DNA of 41,480 nt from a virus, in the IMG/VR virus record IMGVR_UViG_3300044556_000129. One strand, given 5' to 3'. The translations under genes and the position numbers were made by a program. Below are positions 31,143 through 40,161 of this stretch, piece after piece. Numbering within the stretch: the first letter of the stretch is position 1; each line of letters starts with the position of its first letter. Below the pieces are notes generated by a model. That model was not told the DNA's origin. It ran no database searches and saw only the letters and a list, made by a program, of their open reading frames with translations.

Positions 31143-33033
31143 TAATACCCTCTGTATCTAATTGAACATGAAAATGAAAATATTCTTGTGTGTCTCTCAT
31201 TGCCTGTTGTGCTTCTTCACACACAATCTTTGCTATCTCTTCGGTACGACATGCAATCTGCTGTTCATCATGTATCCACGCCATCAAAGCAAAATCACCA
31301 TCCCATCCATGTCTCAATCCTCTCGCCAATAGCCTTTCCTCTGTCGTTACAATCCACTTCTTGCATATTAAAGCACCTGCTGATTGCAATAGCAGATTTA
31401 AGGCACTGTGAGGACTTCTTACATGTAGTTTGCGTCTGTCGAGACCATAGAGGAAATGACGTTTCCATGTGACTTTAGGTTTTCCATGTGTACTTTTAAA
31501 ATCAATAGGATAGACAAGCGCATTTTCTACCGCCTGTCTGAGCTTCGCAATAGCAGGAATAGCTTTATTGAATTTCTTCTTAATCTGCTTTCCTTGCCCT
31601 GCTGTACCACCAATGATTTTTCCAATCTTTGCATCTCCTGCGCCATACAAATACGCATAAATAAATGTCTTCGCTTGATTACGTGTCGGAAGACCGGCGG
31701 CCTTTTGATTCATAGTATGAATATCACCATTAAGGATTGTATGTGCATATTGACCACCATCATGCTTATACATGAAGTGAGCAAGACAACGGAGTTCAAG
31801 ACCACAAGCGTCTATCCCTGCTTGCCACCATCCGTCAGGTACTCTAAAGAGTTCCCGACATTCTTTGCCATATGGACTGCCCACATGAGGTACTTGTGCG
31901 ACGTTCGGTCTGGAATGAGTAGCACGGCCACTAATAGCCCCATTAGGGATAACAGAACCATGGATATTACCATCCTTTCCAATCATAGACAACCAAGCAT
32001 TATTACCGTCTGCCAGCTGTCCTAAACGCTTTTTAAGCATCAAAGACTCCTCAAGTACAGACACAACAGACTTCACTTCATCGGGAGCCTGTGGGTCTTC
32101 CTTCATAAAAGACATACTTTCATCATCAATCTTCAATCTACATTGTGAAAAATCAATATCATCTGCATCCGTGTCTTCAATAGCATAACAGTCAATGTTC
32201 GCTGGAGAATAGCCATAATGTGTACGTAACAACCATTCAATCTGTTGTCTACTATTCGGATTAAAGTCTTTATACTTCTGTACAGGAACCCCTGCTTTAT
32301 AGCCGAGACGCTTGTTATCTCTTTTCGGTACGAAAATCTTATCAGGTACACGAGGTACAAGCTGGATCAACTCCGCTGTCAAGACACCTGCTCTAGCACG
32401 TAAGGTAGCTTCCAATTCCTTAGCCTTATTAATGTCAAAGGGAAACCCATTTTTTTCTTGCTTAGACATCAACCATGCCACATCATGTTCAAGCTTTATG
32501 GCCTTTGGTGCATAATCATATGAAGCAAGCTTTTCATAGAGCTTCACCGTTACAACTACGTCCTGCTTATTGTAAGCAAGCATTTCAGGATTGTAACAAG
32601 CCCACGCATCTTCTTCCTCTCCATATGTACCTTTGAGTTCACCTAAACGATACCCCCAAGCCTTTAAGCTATGGGATTTATAAAGCTTCGATGGTAGCTG
32701 TTTCTTTCGGATAAGTCCTGCGTCCATGTCTTCGATATGAGAATAGATGAGTCGTGACAAAACAAGGGTGTCTACTACATCCTTATGCATGTCGTGTGTA
32801 ATCTCAAACCACGGAAAAAGTTTTGCCAATGCGGGAAGGTCATAATTAATAACATTGTGTCCACAAAGACGCACCCCATTTTTCCATGCATCATATAACT
32901 CATGGACACCTTGCTCTGCATGTACATCATCATACTGCTTCATTTCCTGTGTGTCTGTATCATAGACACTCAAGCAAAAAAGCTTTGTAACGTCGGCGTA
33001 TAAGCCGTTCGTTTCAATATCAAAGACTAACAT
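31114..33033 (-). CDS. Family A DNA polymerase with 3'-5' exonuclease (T7 gp5-like)
   Basis: Exo I MLVFDIETNGL, motif B RNQAKTFIYAYLYGAGDAKIG, motif C AWIHDEQQI. Confidence 0.95.
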   Translation of the reverse strand: MLVFDIETNGLYADVTKLFCLSVYDTDTQEMKQYDDVHAEQGVHELYDAWKNGVRLCGHNVINYDLPALAKLFPWFEITHDMHKDVVDTLVLSRLIYSHIEDMDAGLIRKKQLPSKLYKSHSLKAWGYRLGELKGTYGEEEDAWACYNPEMLAYNKQDVVVTVKLYEKLASYDYAPKAIKLEHDVAWLMSKQEKNGFPFDINKAKELEATLRARAGVLTAELIQLVPRVPDKIFVPKRDNKRLGYKAGVPVQKYKDFNPNSRQQIEWLLRTHYGYSPANIDCYAIEDTDADDIDFSQCRLKIDDESMSFMKEDPQAPDEVKSVVSVLEESLMLKKRLGQLADGNNAWLSMIGKDGNIHGSVIPNGAISGRATHSRPNVAQVPHVGSPYGKECRELFRVPDGWWQAGIDACGLELRCLAHFMYKHDGGQYAHTILNGDIHTMNQKAAGLPTRNQAKTFIYAYLYGAGDAKIGKIIGGTAGQGKQIKKKFNKAIPAIAKLRQAVENALVYPIDFKSTHGKPKVTWKRHFLYGLDRRKLHVRSPHSALNLLLQSAGALICKKWIVTTEERLLARGLRHGWDGDFALMAWIHDEQQIACRTEEIAKIVCEEAQQAMRDTQEYFHFHVQLDTEGIIGHNWFDCH

Positions 33034-33048
33034 AGAACCATCCTTTCC

Positions 33049-33234
33049 TTACAATAATTTTTCTAAATCTTCTGCTTCCGTGTCAAGTTTAAAGGCTTTG
33101 ATGCGGAGTTCATCGGCAAGCCTCTTTTTTGTAGTCGCCACTACAGCAATTCTATGGTCACGATGCGCCTTAACTTTTAGCTCCCACCGATGTAATATAT
33201 CCAATACTTCATCATAAAATATAATCCATCTCAT
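33049..33234 (-). CDS. Hypothetical 61-aa protein
   Basis: ATG ORF in a tightly packed operon. Confidence 0.4.
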   Translation of the reverse strand: MRWIIFYDEVLDILHRWELKVKAHRDHRIAVVATTKKRLADELRIKAFKLDTEAEDLEKLL

Positions 33235-33248
33235 TACAGCACCCCCCC

Positions 33249-35033
33249 CTACTTCTTCAAATGATGATAGAAACGCTTACCTGCTTCCTTCTGTCTTGCT
33301 TCGGAGAAGTTACTAATGCGTTTCAGATACCCAATAACACGAGTACCATAATCTACATCAGTGCTACCACATTTCACACAATGGTTTTCTGTGTCTGTGT
33401 TGATGTAGCCGCAATTATTGCAAATCGTACACAAGACATTTGTTGTCCAATACTGCACACCATATTCAGAGCAAAGTTTATACAAATGCATAAACTGTTC
33501 CCAACTGAGTATCTGTTCAAGATTAAGGTGTAAAGCTGAACCACCATCAAGGTACTGAACAATATCCTTTGAATACAGTTTGAGCTTATCAAGCACGTTC
33601 ACCTTCGTGTCTTCTACAGGGTAGAAATAACTGTTGTAACAATCACGAGGTACATAAAGACCTGCTTCCTTGTCCCATTTAGCATTTTTAACACCGAGAT
33701 TTTCGGCAGGGACAAACTCAGTATTAAATCGGACGCCGTACTCAGACAAAGCGGCCTTATTAGACATCGTAAGGAAAGACAACAAGGACTGTAAATACTT
33801 CGGATATTCCTTATCTTTCACTTCACCTTTCTTGTCTCTCAAGTACTCAAAGTATTCCAAGACACCATTCACACCAATGGTCAAGAACTGCTTATCAATG
33901 TCCATAAACCCCTGTGTGTAAGCAGGGAGTAAACCTGCATCAATGTAACCTTTCAGCACTTCTCGATGCGCCAGCAGATACTTATGTACTCTATCCACTA
34001 CTTCATCCAGCTTGACATCACACTGACCAATACGATTAATGTTCAAGCTAATAACACGTGCGGAACCCGTGACAACACCACCTGCACCCAAGGTGTAACT
34101 GAAGGTGTTATCAGCTAATTCATTGCGTAAACGACAACAAGAAGCAAGACTATCTACTCTGTCAGACATATAGACAAAGAAAGACAAGCCTTTCTCCTGT
34201 TCTTCTGCCAGCCCCTGCACAAACTTAGTGTCTTTAAAACCACCTGCACCATCCGTAAGCAATGCGGCTGTTACAACAGGGAACGTCAGTAATTCTTTTT
34301 CACGCTCCTTTCTAAACCAACTCAAGAAGAATTTCTGCAAGTGATAGGTGCTTTCAATGTCTACCTGAGTACCATCAGGATAGAAAAAGCCCCCGAACAT
34401 CTCTTTTAAGTAGTCGTGGTCAAATACGCTGATGTTCCAAAATACAGACTGGTCGCCACGCGCGCTCGCTGGCTGATTCAGTGCATAGACAACACCCTGA
34501 AATTCCTGCTCTACTTCTTTATGGTGCGCCACAAGATATTCTTTACCCCACTGCTTACGAGCAAAGTAATCAAACATGTGAAGGAACTCAACAGTAGCGA
34601 TTGCACCACTGAAATTACTTGCAATCTGATAAACAAGATTGACAAAGGAACCGCAAAAACTCTGCAAGTTCTTCGGTGCTTTAGACACACCGCCTAAACA
34701 CTTCGTACCTTCCAACAAGAATGGGTACAAAGTAATACTGGCACAATAAGGCTTTAAAGATGTTTCATCGTGCGTATAGATATAATGATTTGCAAGGTCA
34801 TCTTCATAAGCCTTTGCCATATCTTCCCCGAACATCTGCGTCAACTTATCTTTAACTAACTTACGGTTAATCTGAATGGTGTCAGGCTTGAATAATTCAG
34901 CTTCCAACCCTGCGATTGTCTTCTGCGTAACATTGCTATTCGCATCTACTTTAGAAGCCGTTGCGGCATTAGAAGACACCATATAATCATGAATGTATTT
35001 AATCTTTTCTTTTAAATCAACGTTAGGTAACAT
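33249..35033 (-). CDS. nrdD: Anaerobic (class III) ribonucleoside-triphosphate reductase
   Basis: The C-terminus has a Zn ribbon (CTICNNCGY...CVKCGS) followed by the glycyl-radical motif GTRVIGYLKR. It is 594 aa and adjacent to the activase gene. Confidence 0.9.
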   Translation of the reverse strand: MLPNVDLKEKIKYIHDYMVSSNAATASKVDANSNVTQKTIAGLEAELFKPDTIQINRKLVKDKLTQMFGEDMAKAYEDDLANHYIYTHDETSLKPYCASITLYPFLLEGTKCLGGVSKAPKNLQSFCGSFVNLVYQIASNFSGAIATVEFLHMFDYFARKQWGKEYLVAHHKEVEQEFQGVVYALNQPASARGDQSVFWNISVFDHDYLKEMFGGFFYPDGTQVDIESTYHLQKFFLSWFRKEREKELLTFPVVTAALLTDGAGGFKDTKFVQGLAEEQEKGLSFFVYMSDRVDSLASCCRLRNELADNTFSYTLGAGGVVTGSARVISLNINRIGQCDVKLDEVVDRVHKYLLAHREVLKGYIDAGLLPAYTQGFMDIDKQFLTIGVNGVLEYFEYLRDKKGEVKDKEYPKYLQSLLSFLTMSNKAALSEYGVRFNTEFVPAENLGVKNAKWDKEAGLYVPRDCYNSYFYPVEDTKVNVLDKLKLYSKDIVQYLDGGSALHLNLEQILSWEQFMHLYKLCSEYGVQYWTTNVLCTICNNCGYINTDTENHCVKCGSTDVDYGTRVIGYLKRISNFSEARQKEAGKRFYHHLKK

Positions 35034-35577
35034 TTTTCACCCTCTTTTTCCAAAATTTGTGTGTCTCATCCAAGAAGAAAGGACGAACATCAACTAAATT
35101 ATCTTGTGCGTCAAGACGATGAATTGTCGAGATTCGATAGAACCTCTGATTTGTCCGTGTACTTTCAAGACCACCTAATGTATTAACATAAGGGCCTGTC
35201 TTTAACCATGTACAATGACCTTCCAAAGCAATCATCTTGTCGCGTTCTTCATCATCACTACCACTGTAAATTCCTACGGGAGCAATATCAGACAAAGCAG
35301 ATAATAGAGAAATCAAGGATTCTGCTGTGATATGTTTGTTATTTGTACCGCCCATTACAACAATGGCGTTTGCCCCTGCATCAATGGCATCCTGCGCTCC
35401 TTCTAAAATATCAAGAAAGGATGTTAAGGGAACATCTTCTTCCTGTAATTCGGGACTATGACATCCAACGCAATGTTGTTTGCACGCTCCTAATTCAATA
35501 GCATATGCCATCTTATCGGGCAGTTCGTTAAATGTAATGTCTGTGTTCACAACAGGGTACTTTAAAACTCTTGACAT
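35023..35577 (-). CDS. nrdG: Anaerobic RNR activating protein (radical SAM)
   Basis: Cluster motif CKQHCVGC (CxxxCxxC), located directly upstream of nrdD. Confidence 0.8.
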   Translation of the reverse strand: MSRVLKYPVVNTDITFNELPDKMAYAIELGACKQHCVGCHSPELQEEDVPLTSFLDILEGAQDAIDAGANAIVVMGGTNNKHITAESLISLLSALSDIAPVGIYSGSDDEERDKMIALEGHCTWLKTGPYVNTLGGLESTRTNQRFYRISTIHRLDAQDNLVDVRPFFLDETHKFWKKRVKNVT

Positions 35578-37154
35578 GTTTCATCTTCCTCTCCTAGTAA
35601 TCTGTGTCTGTCCTTATCCCAATGGAGATACCCTGCAAGCCCTGTTGAACCTGCAAAGCGATTCTTTAAGACACGAATTTTAATTAAGTTTCTTTCGGAC
35701 TCATCTTCTGCCTGTTGATTGCGTTCGAGTGCTATTACCTCATCGGGTAACTGCTTCAATGTGCCACTCCCTCGCAAGTCATCAAGTGAGATAATGCCCC
35801 CTTCTTCAAAGGATTTTTCACCACTTGTCTTTTTCAAGTGTGAAATGACAATCATCCCAACTCCCGTTTCTTCTACAAGGGAGCGGAGCTGTGTCATCAA
35901 TTTATCAATGGTCTTCCTCTCATCCCCACCTTCATCCATGCCTGATACGGCAATAGATATGTGGTCAAAGATGATAAAATCACACTGTTCTGCAACTGCT
36001 AAATAGCGTATACGAGACAACAAGTTACCACTCTCGATAGAGCCAAAATGGTCATATAAGACAAAGCGTTTATCGCTGAATAGCTCTTCATATGCTGTCT
36101 TTAACTTTTCTTTGTCTACACTCCCCCATATAATAGACAGGGGCTTTTCAACATGGATAGACAGCAATTCACGGAGTGTCTTCTTTGGGTTTTCTTCGAG
36201 AAAGACAAGCCCTATTTTCAGACCATCTTTCACCTTGAGTTTATAAGCAATCTCTCGCGCCGCTGTAGACTTACCAATGCCTGTGCCGGCTGTCAACATC
36301 ACAAGCTCCCCTTTACGGAGTCCCTTCGTGATATTTTTCAACCCCTTGCACCATGGGTAGTCATAACACTTAGCTTCTGTGTCATCACTGAAAAATTCAT
36401 CTTCAATGTCAGCGGCATTGATAATCCCATCGGGCCTATATTCCTTAGCGGTAAAGATAGCCTGTATGATTGCATCTCCTTTACCTGCCACAAGACACGC
36501 ATTAGCATCTTTTTCGGGTAAGTCTGCAATCTTTAGTTTGTGTGGAGACAACATCCCCTGCACATCCTCGACTGCCTTTCGTCCCTGAGCGTCCATATCA
36601 AACATGACAATGACCTCATCAAAGGACTCCAACCATTCGAGGTTTTCTTTAAAGGTACGTTTAGCCGACGTACAACCATGAGGCAAAGACACAACAGGCC
36701 ACTTGTTGCCCCCCATCTGTGATACGGTCAGACAATCAATCTCTCCCTCTGTAATGACAAGCTTCTTTCCATTATGGAAAAGGTTCTGTCCAAAGAAGCG
36801 GTAAGCAGAGGTTCCATTCAAATAAAACTTCTTGTCCTTTGTCCGTAACTTCTGAAAAAGTACAGAACCGTCCTCATCACAATACTCTGCGACTTGAACG
36901 GTTCCTAACTGCGTATGTGTTACATAGTAGTTGTACCTTTTGCACGTTTCAGCAGTAATCCCCCGTGCACGGAGTGTCTTAAAATCCATGTCCTCATGAG
37001 GAATAATGGCGTGTTTAGCCACCTCTTCACCTTCTTTCGGAAACTCTGTATGATGACAACTGAAACAGTATGTGTGTCCATCATCATACAATGTAGCGGC
37101 ATCATGGCTTCCGCAATACGGACACGGAATATGCGCCTGTACAATTTCCGACAT
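35562..37154 (-). CDS. Bifunctional primase-helicase (T7 gp4-like)
   Basis: N-terminal Cys4 zinc finger CPYCGSHD...CFSCHH, a TOPRIM region (VITEGEIDCLT...MFDMDAQG), Walker A LTAGTGIGKST and Walker B DFIIFDHIS. Confidence 0.93.
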   Translation of the reverse strand: MSEIVQAHIPCPYCGSHDAATLYDDGHTYCFSCHHTEFPKEGEEVAKHAIIPHEDMDFKTLRARGITAETCKRYNYYVTHTQLGTVQVAEYCDEDGSVLFQKLRTKDKKFYLNGTSAYRFFGQNLFHNGKKLVITEGEIDCLTVSQMGGNKWPVVSLPHGCTSAKRTFKENLEWLESFDEVIVMFDMDAQGRKAVEDVQGMLSPHKLKIADLPEKDANACLVAGKGDAIIQAIFTAKEYRPDGIINAADIEDEFFSDDTEAKCYDYPWCKGLKNITKGLRKGELVMLTAGTGIGKSTAAREIAYKLKVKDGLKIGLVFLEENPKKTLRELLSIHVEKPLSIIWGSVDKEKLKTAYEELFSDKRFVLYDHFGSIESGNLLSRIRYLAVAEQCDFIIFDHISIAVSGMDEGGDERKTIDKLMTQLRSLVEETGVGMIVISHLKKTSGEKSFEEGGIISLDDLRGSGTLKQLPDEVIALERNQQAEDESERNLIKIRVLKNRFAGSTGLAGYLHWDKDRHRLLGEEDETCQEF

Positions 37155-37156
37155 GG

Positions 37157-37489
37157 CTAGTCGTCCCCATAATGTACATCAAGAGTATATTTGTTCTTAA
37201 TGTCCCTCATGGTCTTTCGCTGTGCATCGGACATGTCCTTTTCATTAGCACATCCGACCAACAACACATAGATGGAATCTTTCACATGAGCGAGTCTATA
37301 GTCACCGTAAGCGAGGAAGGGAATCCCTTCTTTCACTTCACCATTCGGCATCACAATCAAATGATATCCGATATTGAACAGTCCTTCTCGCCGCTGTTCT
37401 ACATAAATTTCCCGAACGGTCTTTACCTTCGGTTCAAATAAGACACGCACCATATTAGTTTCCTCTCTTTCTTTGTACTTCAAATTCAT
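37157..37489 (-). CDS. T7 lysozyme (gp3.5)-like protein lacking the zinc ligands; probably not an amidase
   Basis: VREIYVEQRREGLFNIGYHLIVMPNGEVKEG...SIYVLLVG...SDAQRKTMRDI aligns with T7 gp3.5 VREIRQWHKEQGWLDVGYHFIIKRDGTVEAG...SIGVCLVG...TPAQMQSLRSL. The segments carrying His17, His122 and Cys130 are absent. The start could be 37489 or 37453. Confidence 0.6.
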   Translation of the reverse strand: MNLKYKEREETNMVRVLFEPKVKTVREIYVEQRREGLFNIGYHLIVMPNGEVKEGIPFLAYGDYRLAHVKDSIYVLLVGCANEKDMSDAQRKTMRDIKNKYTLDVHYGDD

Positions 37490-37504
37490 TTTCTCACCCC
37501 AATA

Positions 37505-37935
37505 TTATTTTTTCTTTTTGGGGATAAGACCTTTCATATGTTTCTTAGGCTCTCTAAACCATGCATCAGGGATTTGTCGGGTTGAGTATTTAAACCCATT
37601 TTTTTCCGCCCAATCTGCATATGTTGTTTTGCTACCTTTATATAACTTCAACTTCGGATTTTGGAAGACAAAGCGTATATCCAAATCAGGGTACTGCATT
37701 TTGATAAGTAAGTGCTTTTGTCTGTCTTCCCTTTCAAAAACCCCTTTAGCTTCTATAATGATACCGTTAGGAAGCACAAAATCAGGAGTATACTTATGCT
37801 TCGTAGTAGGCTTTTCATACTGAATATAGTACATCTCATACTTTTCCTGCTTCTTTAACTCCCGAATTTGAGCGCTAATGGTGTCTTCAAAATGACTTCT
37901 TTTTTTAGGTGGTCTGTATGTGTACGCACCCCCAT
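37505..37935 (-). CDS. Endonuclease I / Holliday junction resolvase (T7 gp3-like); the N-terminal part needs a -1 shift at A7 (37900-37906) or a non-ATG start
   Basis: YTPDFVLPNGIIIEAKGVFEREDRQKHLLIKMQYPDLDIRFVF aligns with T7 gp3 YTPDFLLPNGIFVETKGLWESDDRKKHLLIREQHPELDIRIVF. The homology (RSHFEDTISAQI versus RSGLEDKVSKQL) continues upstream of the first in-frame ATG at 37834. Confidence 0.85.
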
Positions 37936-37970
37936 TACAAAAACTTCGTCTCAGGTCTTATCACCACACT

Positions 37971-38600
37971 TTAAAAATCTTCATCATCCGAACCATCCGT
38001 GAACGGTACATCTACGTCAGAACGTGTGTCTTCTTCATCATCATCAATAACAGACGTAGAATCAAACGCCCCTTCGTGCTTCTTGAAACCGAAAGAGCTT
38101 GCATCCTGTCCATTACCATACGGAATGTATTTCAACAACTGAACCGCCTGTAAGCGGAAAGACACACCAAAATTTTTCGATGTATTGTAATACGGAAAGA
38201 GCTGATAGGCTACTGCAACAACACTACCATTCCCAATAGAACTCTTGATTTTTCTAGTGACAGGGCGCTCGGCACCATCAAAGACAGGGACAACTTTATC
38301 AATTTCTTTGCCAGCCTTTGTCACAATATGAGCGTTGGTAACAAATTTGACACTTGCATCCCCATTATCATCTTCACGATACGAACCCGTATTAGGCTCT
38401 GCGGCAAACTTCTTATTCTTGAGGGTTTCTTTAAATTCTTCCCAAATCGTCTGTGCTTCCTGCATCAAGTTATTCATATCTTCAACAGACGGAACAAGCG
38501 TAATGCTAAATTTGTTTGTGTCTGTGCCATTAAAAGTTTCTGTGTCTGCTAAATGGCACCACATAGCTTTCCCTGTAATTACACCATCATTCATATTCAT
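37971..38600 (-). CDS. ssDNA-binding protein (T7 gp2.5-like)
   Basis: 209 aa, at the gp2.5 position. It has an acidic C-terminal tail ending in an aromatic residue (...DVPFTDGSDDEDF), like gp2.5. Confidence 0.7.
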   Translation of the reverse strand: MNMNDGVITGKAMWCHLADTETFNGTDTNKFSITLVPSVEDMNNLMQEAQTIWEEFKETLKNKKFAAEPNTGSYREDDNGDASVKFVTNAHIVTKAGKEIDKVVPVFDGAERPVTRKIKSSIGNGSVVAVAYQLFPYYNTSKNFGVSFRLQAVQLLKYIPYGNGQDASSFGFKKHEGAFDSTSVIDDDEEDTRSDVDVPFTDGSDDEDF

Positions 38601-38614
38601 GTTTCATTTCTCCT

Positions 38615-38848
38615 TTACAATAATTTTGTACGAGTAATTAAAATCATGCCATCGGCATTTTCAAGTAATAAATCCGTGATGGCTGTCTTAATGCCATCAT
38701 CAAGCTTCATGTGCTTTCTACGAGCTTTTGCGGCGATTACGCCTAAAAGACACAATGTATCGTTGTCGTATGCACCATTATTTAAAAAGTGCATGAGCTT
38801 ATTTGCGTATGCAACATAAGGTTTATTCGAGGTTCCCTTCATGTTCAT
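38615..38848 (-). CDS. Hypothetical 77-aa protein
   Basis: The internal ATG 38848 has RBS AAGGAGAA. The longer track ORF would overlap the upstream gene. Confidence 0.45.
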   Translation of the reverse strand: MNMKGTSNKPYVAYANKLMHFLNNGAYDNDTLCLLGVIAAKARRKHMKLDDGIKTAITDLLLENADGMILITRTKLL

Positions 38849-38873
38849 TTCTCCTTTTTTTTTGTAGTGGTCA

Positions 38874-39344
38874 TTACAATTCGATACGTTCCCCGTTCTT
38901 GACTGCATCTAACCACTTTTCATAGACACGAATTTTATCCCAATCAGCGCGCATTTCTTCATCAGTACCTTTATGTCCTGCACGAATACGATATTTAAGA
39001 ATATTCCCTTTTAGGAAGCCAATAAGTTCCTCATGACTAAAGAAGTTCTGCATAACAAGGATAGGTTCAACAATAGCATTTCGATAATGTTTATCATGCA
39101 TGGTGTCCTTTGGAGTGTCTTCTTTTGTGTCTTTAGGCATATCCACTTTTTCACCCGTCAATGTAAGTTGATTAACATCAACAAGAATAGGTTTATCCAT
39201 GTCTAAAAAATCTACATAACATAAATTAGGTGCGTTTTCAACAATTTCAACAACTACTGCGTATCCACTTTCATGTGGTGCTACACTCACAGGCCGATCA
39301 GACATATCTACCCATACCTTTTTTCCTGCATTTATTTTCCCCAT
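38874..39344 (-). CDS. DUF3310-like phage protein
   Basis: The C-terminal KHYRNAIVEPILVMQNFFSHEELIGFLKGNILKYRIRAGHKG pattern recalls DUF3310. Recalled from memory only. Confidence 0.4.
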   Translation of the reverse strand: MGKINAGKKVWVDMSDRPVSVAPHESGYAVVVEIVENAPNLCYVDFLDMDKPILVDVNQLTLTGEKVDMPKDTKEDTPKDTMHDKHYRNAIVEPILVMQNFFSHEELIGFLKGNILKYRIRAGHKGTDEEMRADWDKIRVYEKWLDAVKNGERIEL

Positions 39345-39349
39345 TTCCT

Positions 39350-39841
39350 CTAGTCCTTTCCTGTGCTTCCGAAACCTTCATGTGTCCCTACTTTTGTAAG
39401 GAAATCCACTTCCACTAATTCGTTCGGAACGTTCTCAACTAACATAATTTGTGCAATGCGTTCACCCTTATTAATACGGGTAACACTGCTACCGATATTT
39501 TCAACAAGCAAAAACAATTCATCAACATAGTCACTATCAACAATCCCTGTGCCGTTGGCTAGTCTCAGTTTTGTTTTTAAACCTGTAGAAGAACGAACAA
39601 AAACTTCTAAATGGTATCCTTCGGGAATCTCAAAAGCTACCCCCGTTGGCACCTTATATGCTTCATCTTGCCCTCTTTGGGGGTATAACGTCACTGTGTC
39701 ATTTGCGAATACATCATAGCAAGCGGCGGACGCTGTAGCCTTGTAAGGTGCTTTCGCATCAGGTGTGATACGTGTAAATTTTAAAGACACACTAGATTTA
39801 GAAGTTGTCTTTCGTCGCTTGCGTACTGTTGCTTCTGTCAT
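39350..39841 (-). CDS. dut: dUTP diphosphatase (trimeric dUTPase)
   Basis: Motifs VRSSTGLK and GTGIVDSDYVDE, plus a C-terminal GFGSTG. Confidence 0.85.
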   Translation of the reverse strand: MTEATVRKRRKTTSKSSVSLKFTRITPDAKAPYKATASAACYDVFANDTVTLYPQRGQDEAYKVPTGVAFEIPEGYHLEVFVRSSTGLKTKLRLANGTGIVDSDYVDELFLLVENIGSSVTRINKGERIAQIMLVENVPNELVEVDFLTKVGTHEGFGSTGKD

Positions 39842-39874
39842 GTTTTATGCTCCTTTCAAAAGCTGAATACTTTC

Positions 39875-39897
39875 TTTCTTCACTACGTGGCACAATT
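39875..39897 (-). promoter_or_regulatory. Phage RNAP promoter-like element P4
   Basis: Minus strand reads AATTGTGCCACGTAGTGAAGAAA. It is part of a direct repeat of about 36 bp shared with P5. Confidence 0.65.
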
Positions 39898-39921
39898 AAA
39901 AAGACACCACGGAATACTTTC

Positions 39922-39944
39922 TTTCTTCACTACGTGGCACAATT
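39922..39944 (-). promoter_or_regulatory. Phage RNAP promoter-like element P5
   Basis: Identical to P4. Confidence 0.65.
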
Positions 39945-40050
39945 AAATGTTTGTGTCTTATCGTCCGATAAAGAGAAAAAGACACACAAAAAGAGAAATA
40001 TTTAAAATTATTTATATTAATTATTAATTATCATCAATAATAAATAATAA

Positions 40051-40117
40051 AAGAACTATAAGTATCTTAAAGTACTTTTAAGTATATATAGTTACTTTAA
40101 GTATCTTATAGTTCTTT
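40051..40117. repeat. AT-rich imperfect inverted repeat (about 25-nt arms) between phage promoters; origin-like
   Basis: aagaactataagtatcttaaagtac ... gttactttaagtatcttatagttctt. The surrounding region 39985-40120 is almost pure A/T. Confidence 0.6.
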
Positions 40118-40123
40118 TCTCTT

Positions 40124-40146
40124 TTCTTCACTACGTGGCACAATTA
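40124..40146 (-). promoter_or_regulatory. Phage RNAP promoter-like element P6, immediately downstream of the RNAP gene
   Basis: Minus strand reads AATTGTGCCACGTAGTGAAGAAA. Confidence 0.65.
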
Positions 40147-40161
40147 CAAATCATGTTATAT

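Noticed and set aside
39865-39944. Direct repeats of about 36 bp with a spacer, as a possible mini CRISPR array
   Set aside because: There are only two copies. The repeat is the promoter-family motif also found singly elsewhere, and there are no cas genes.
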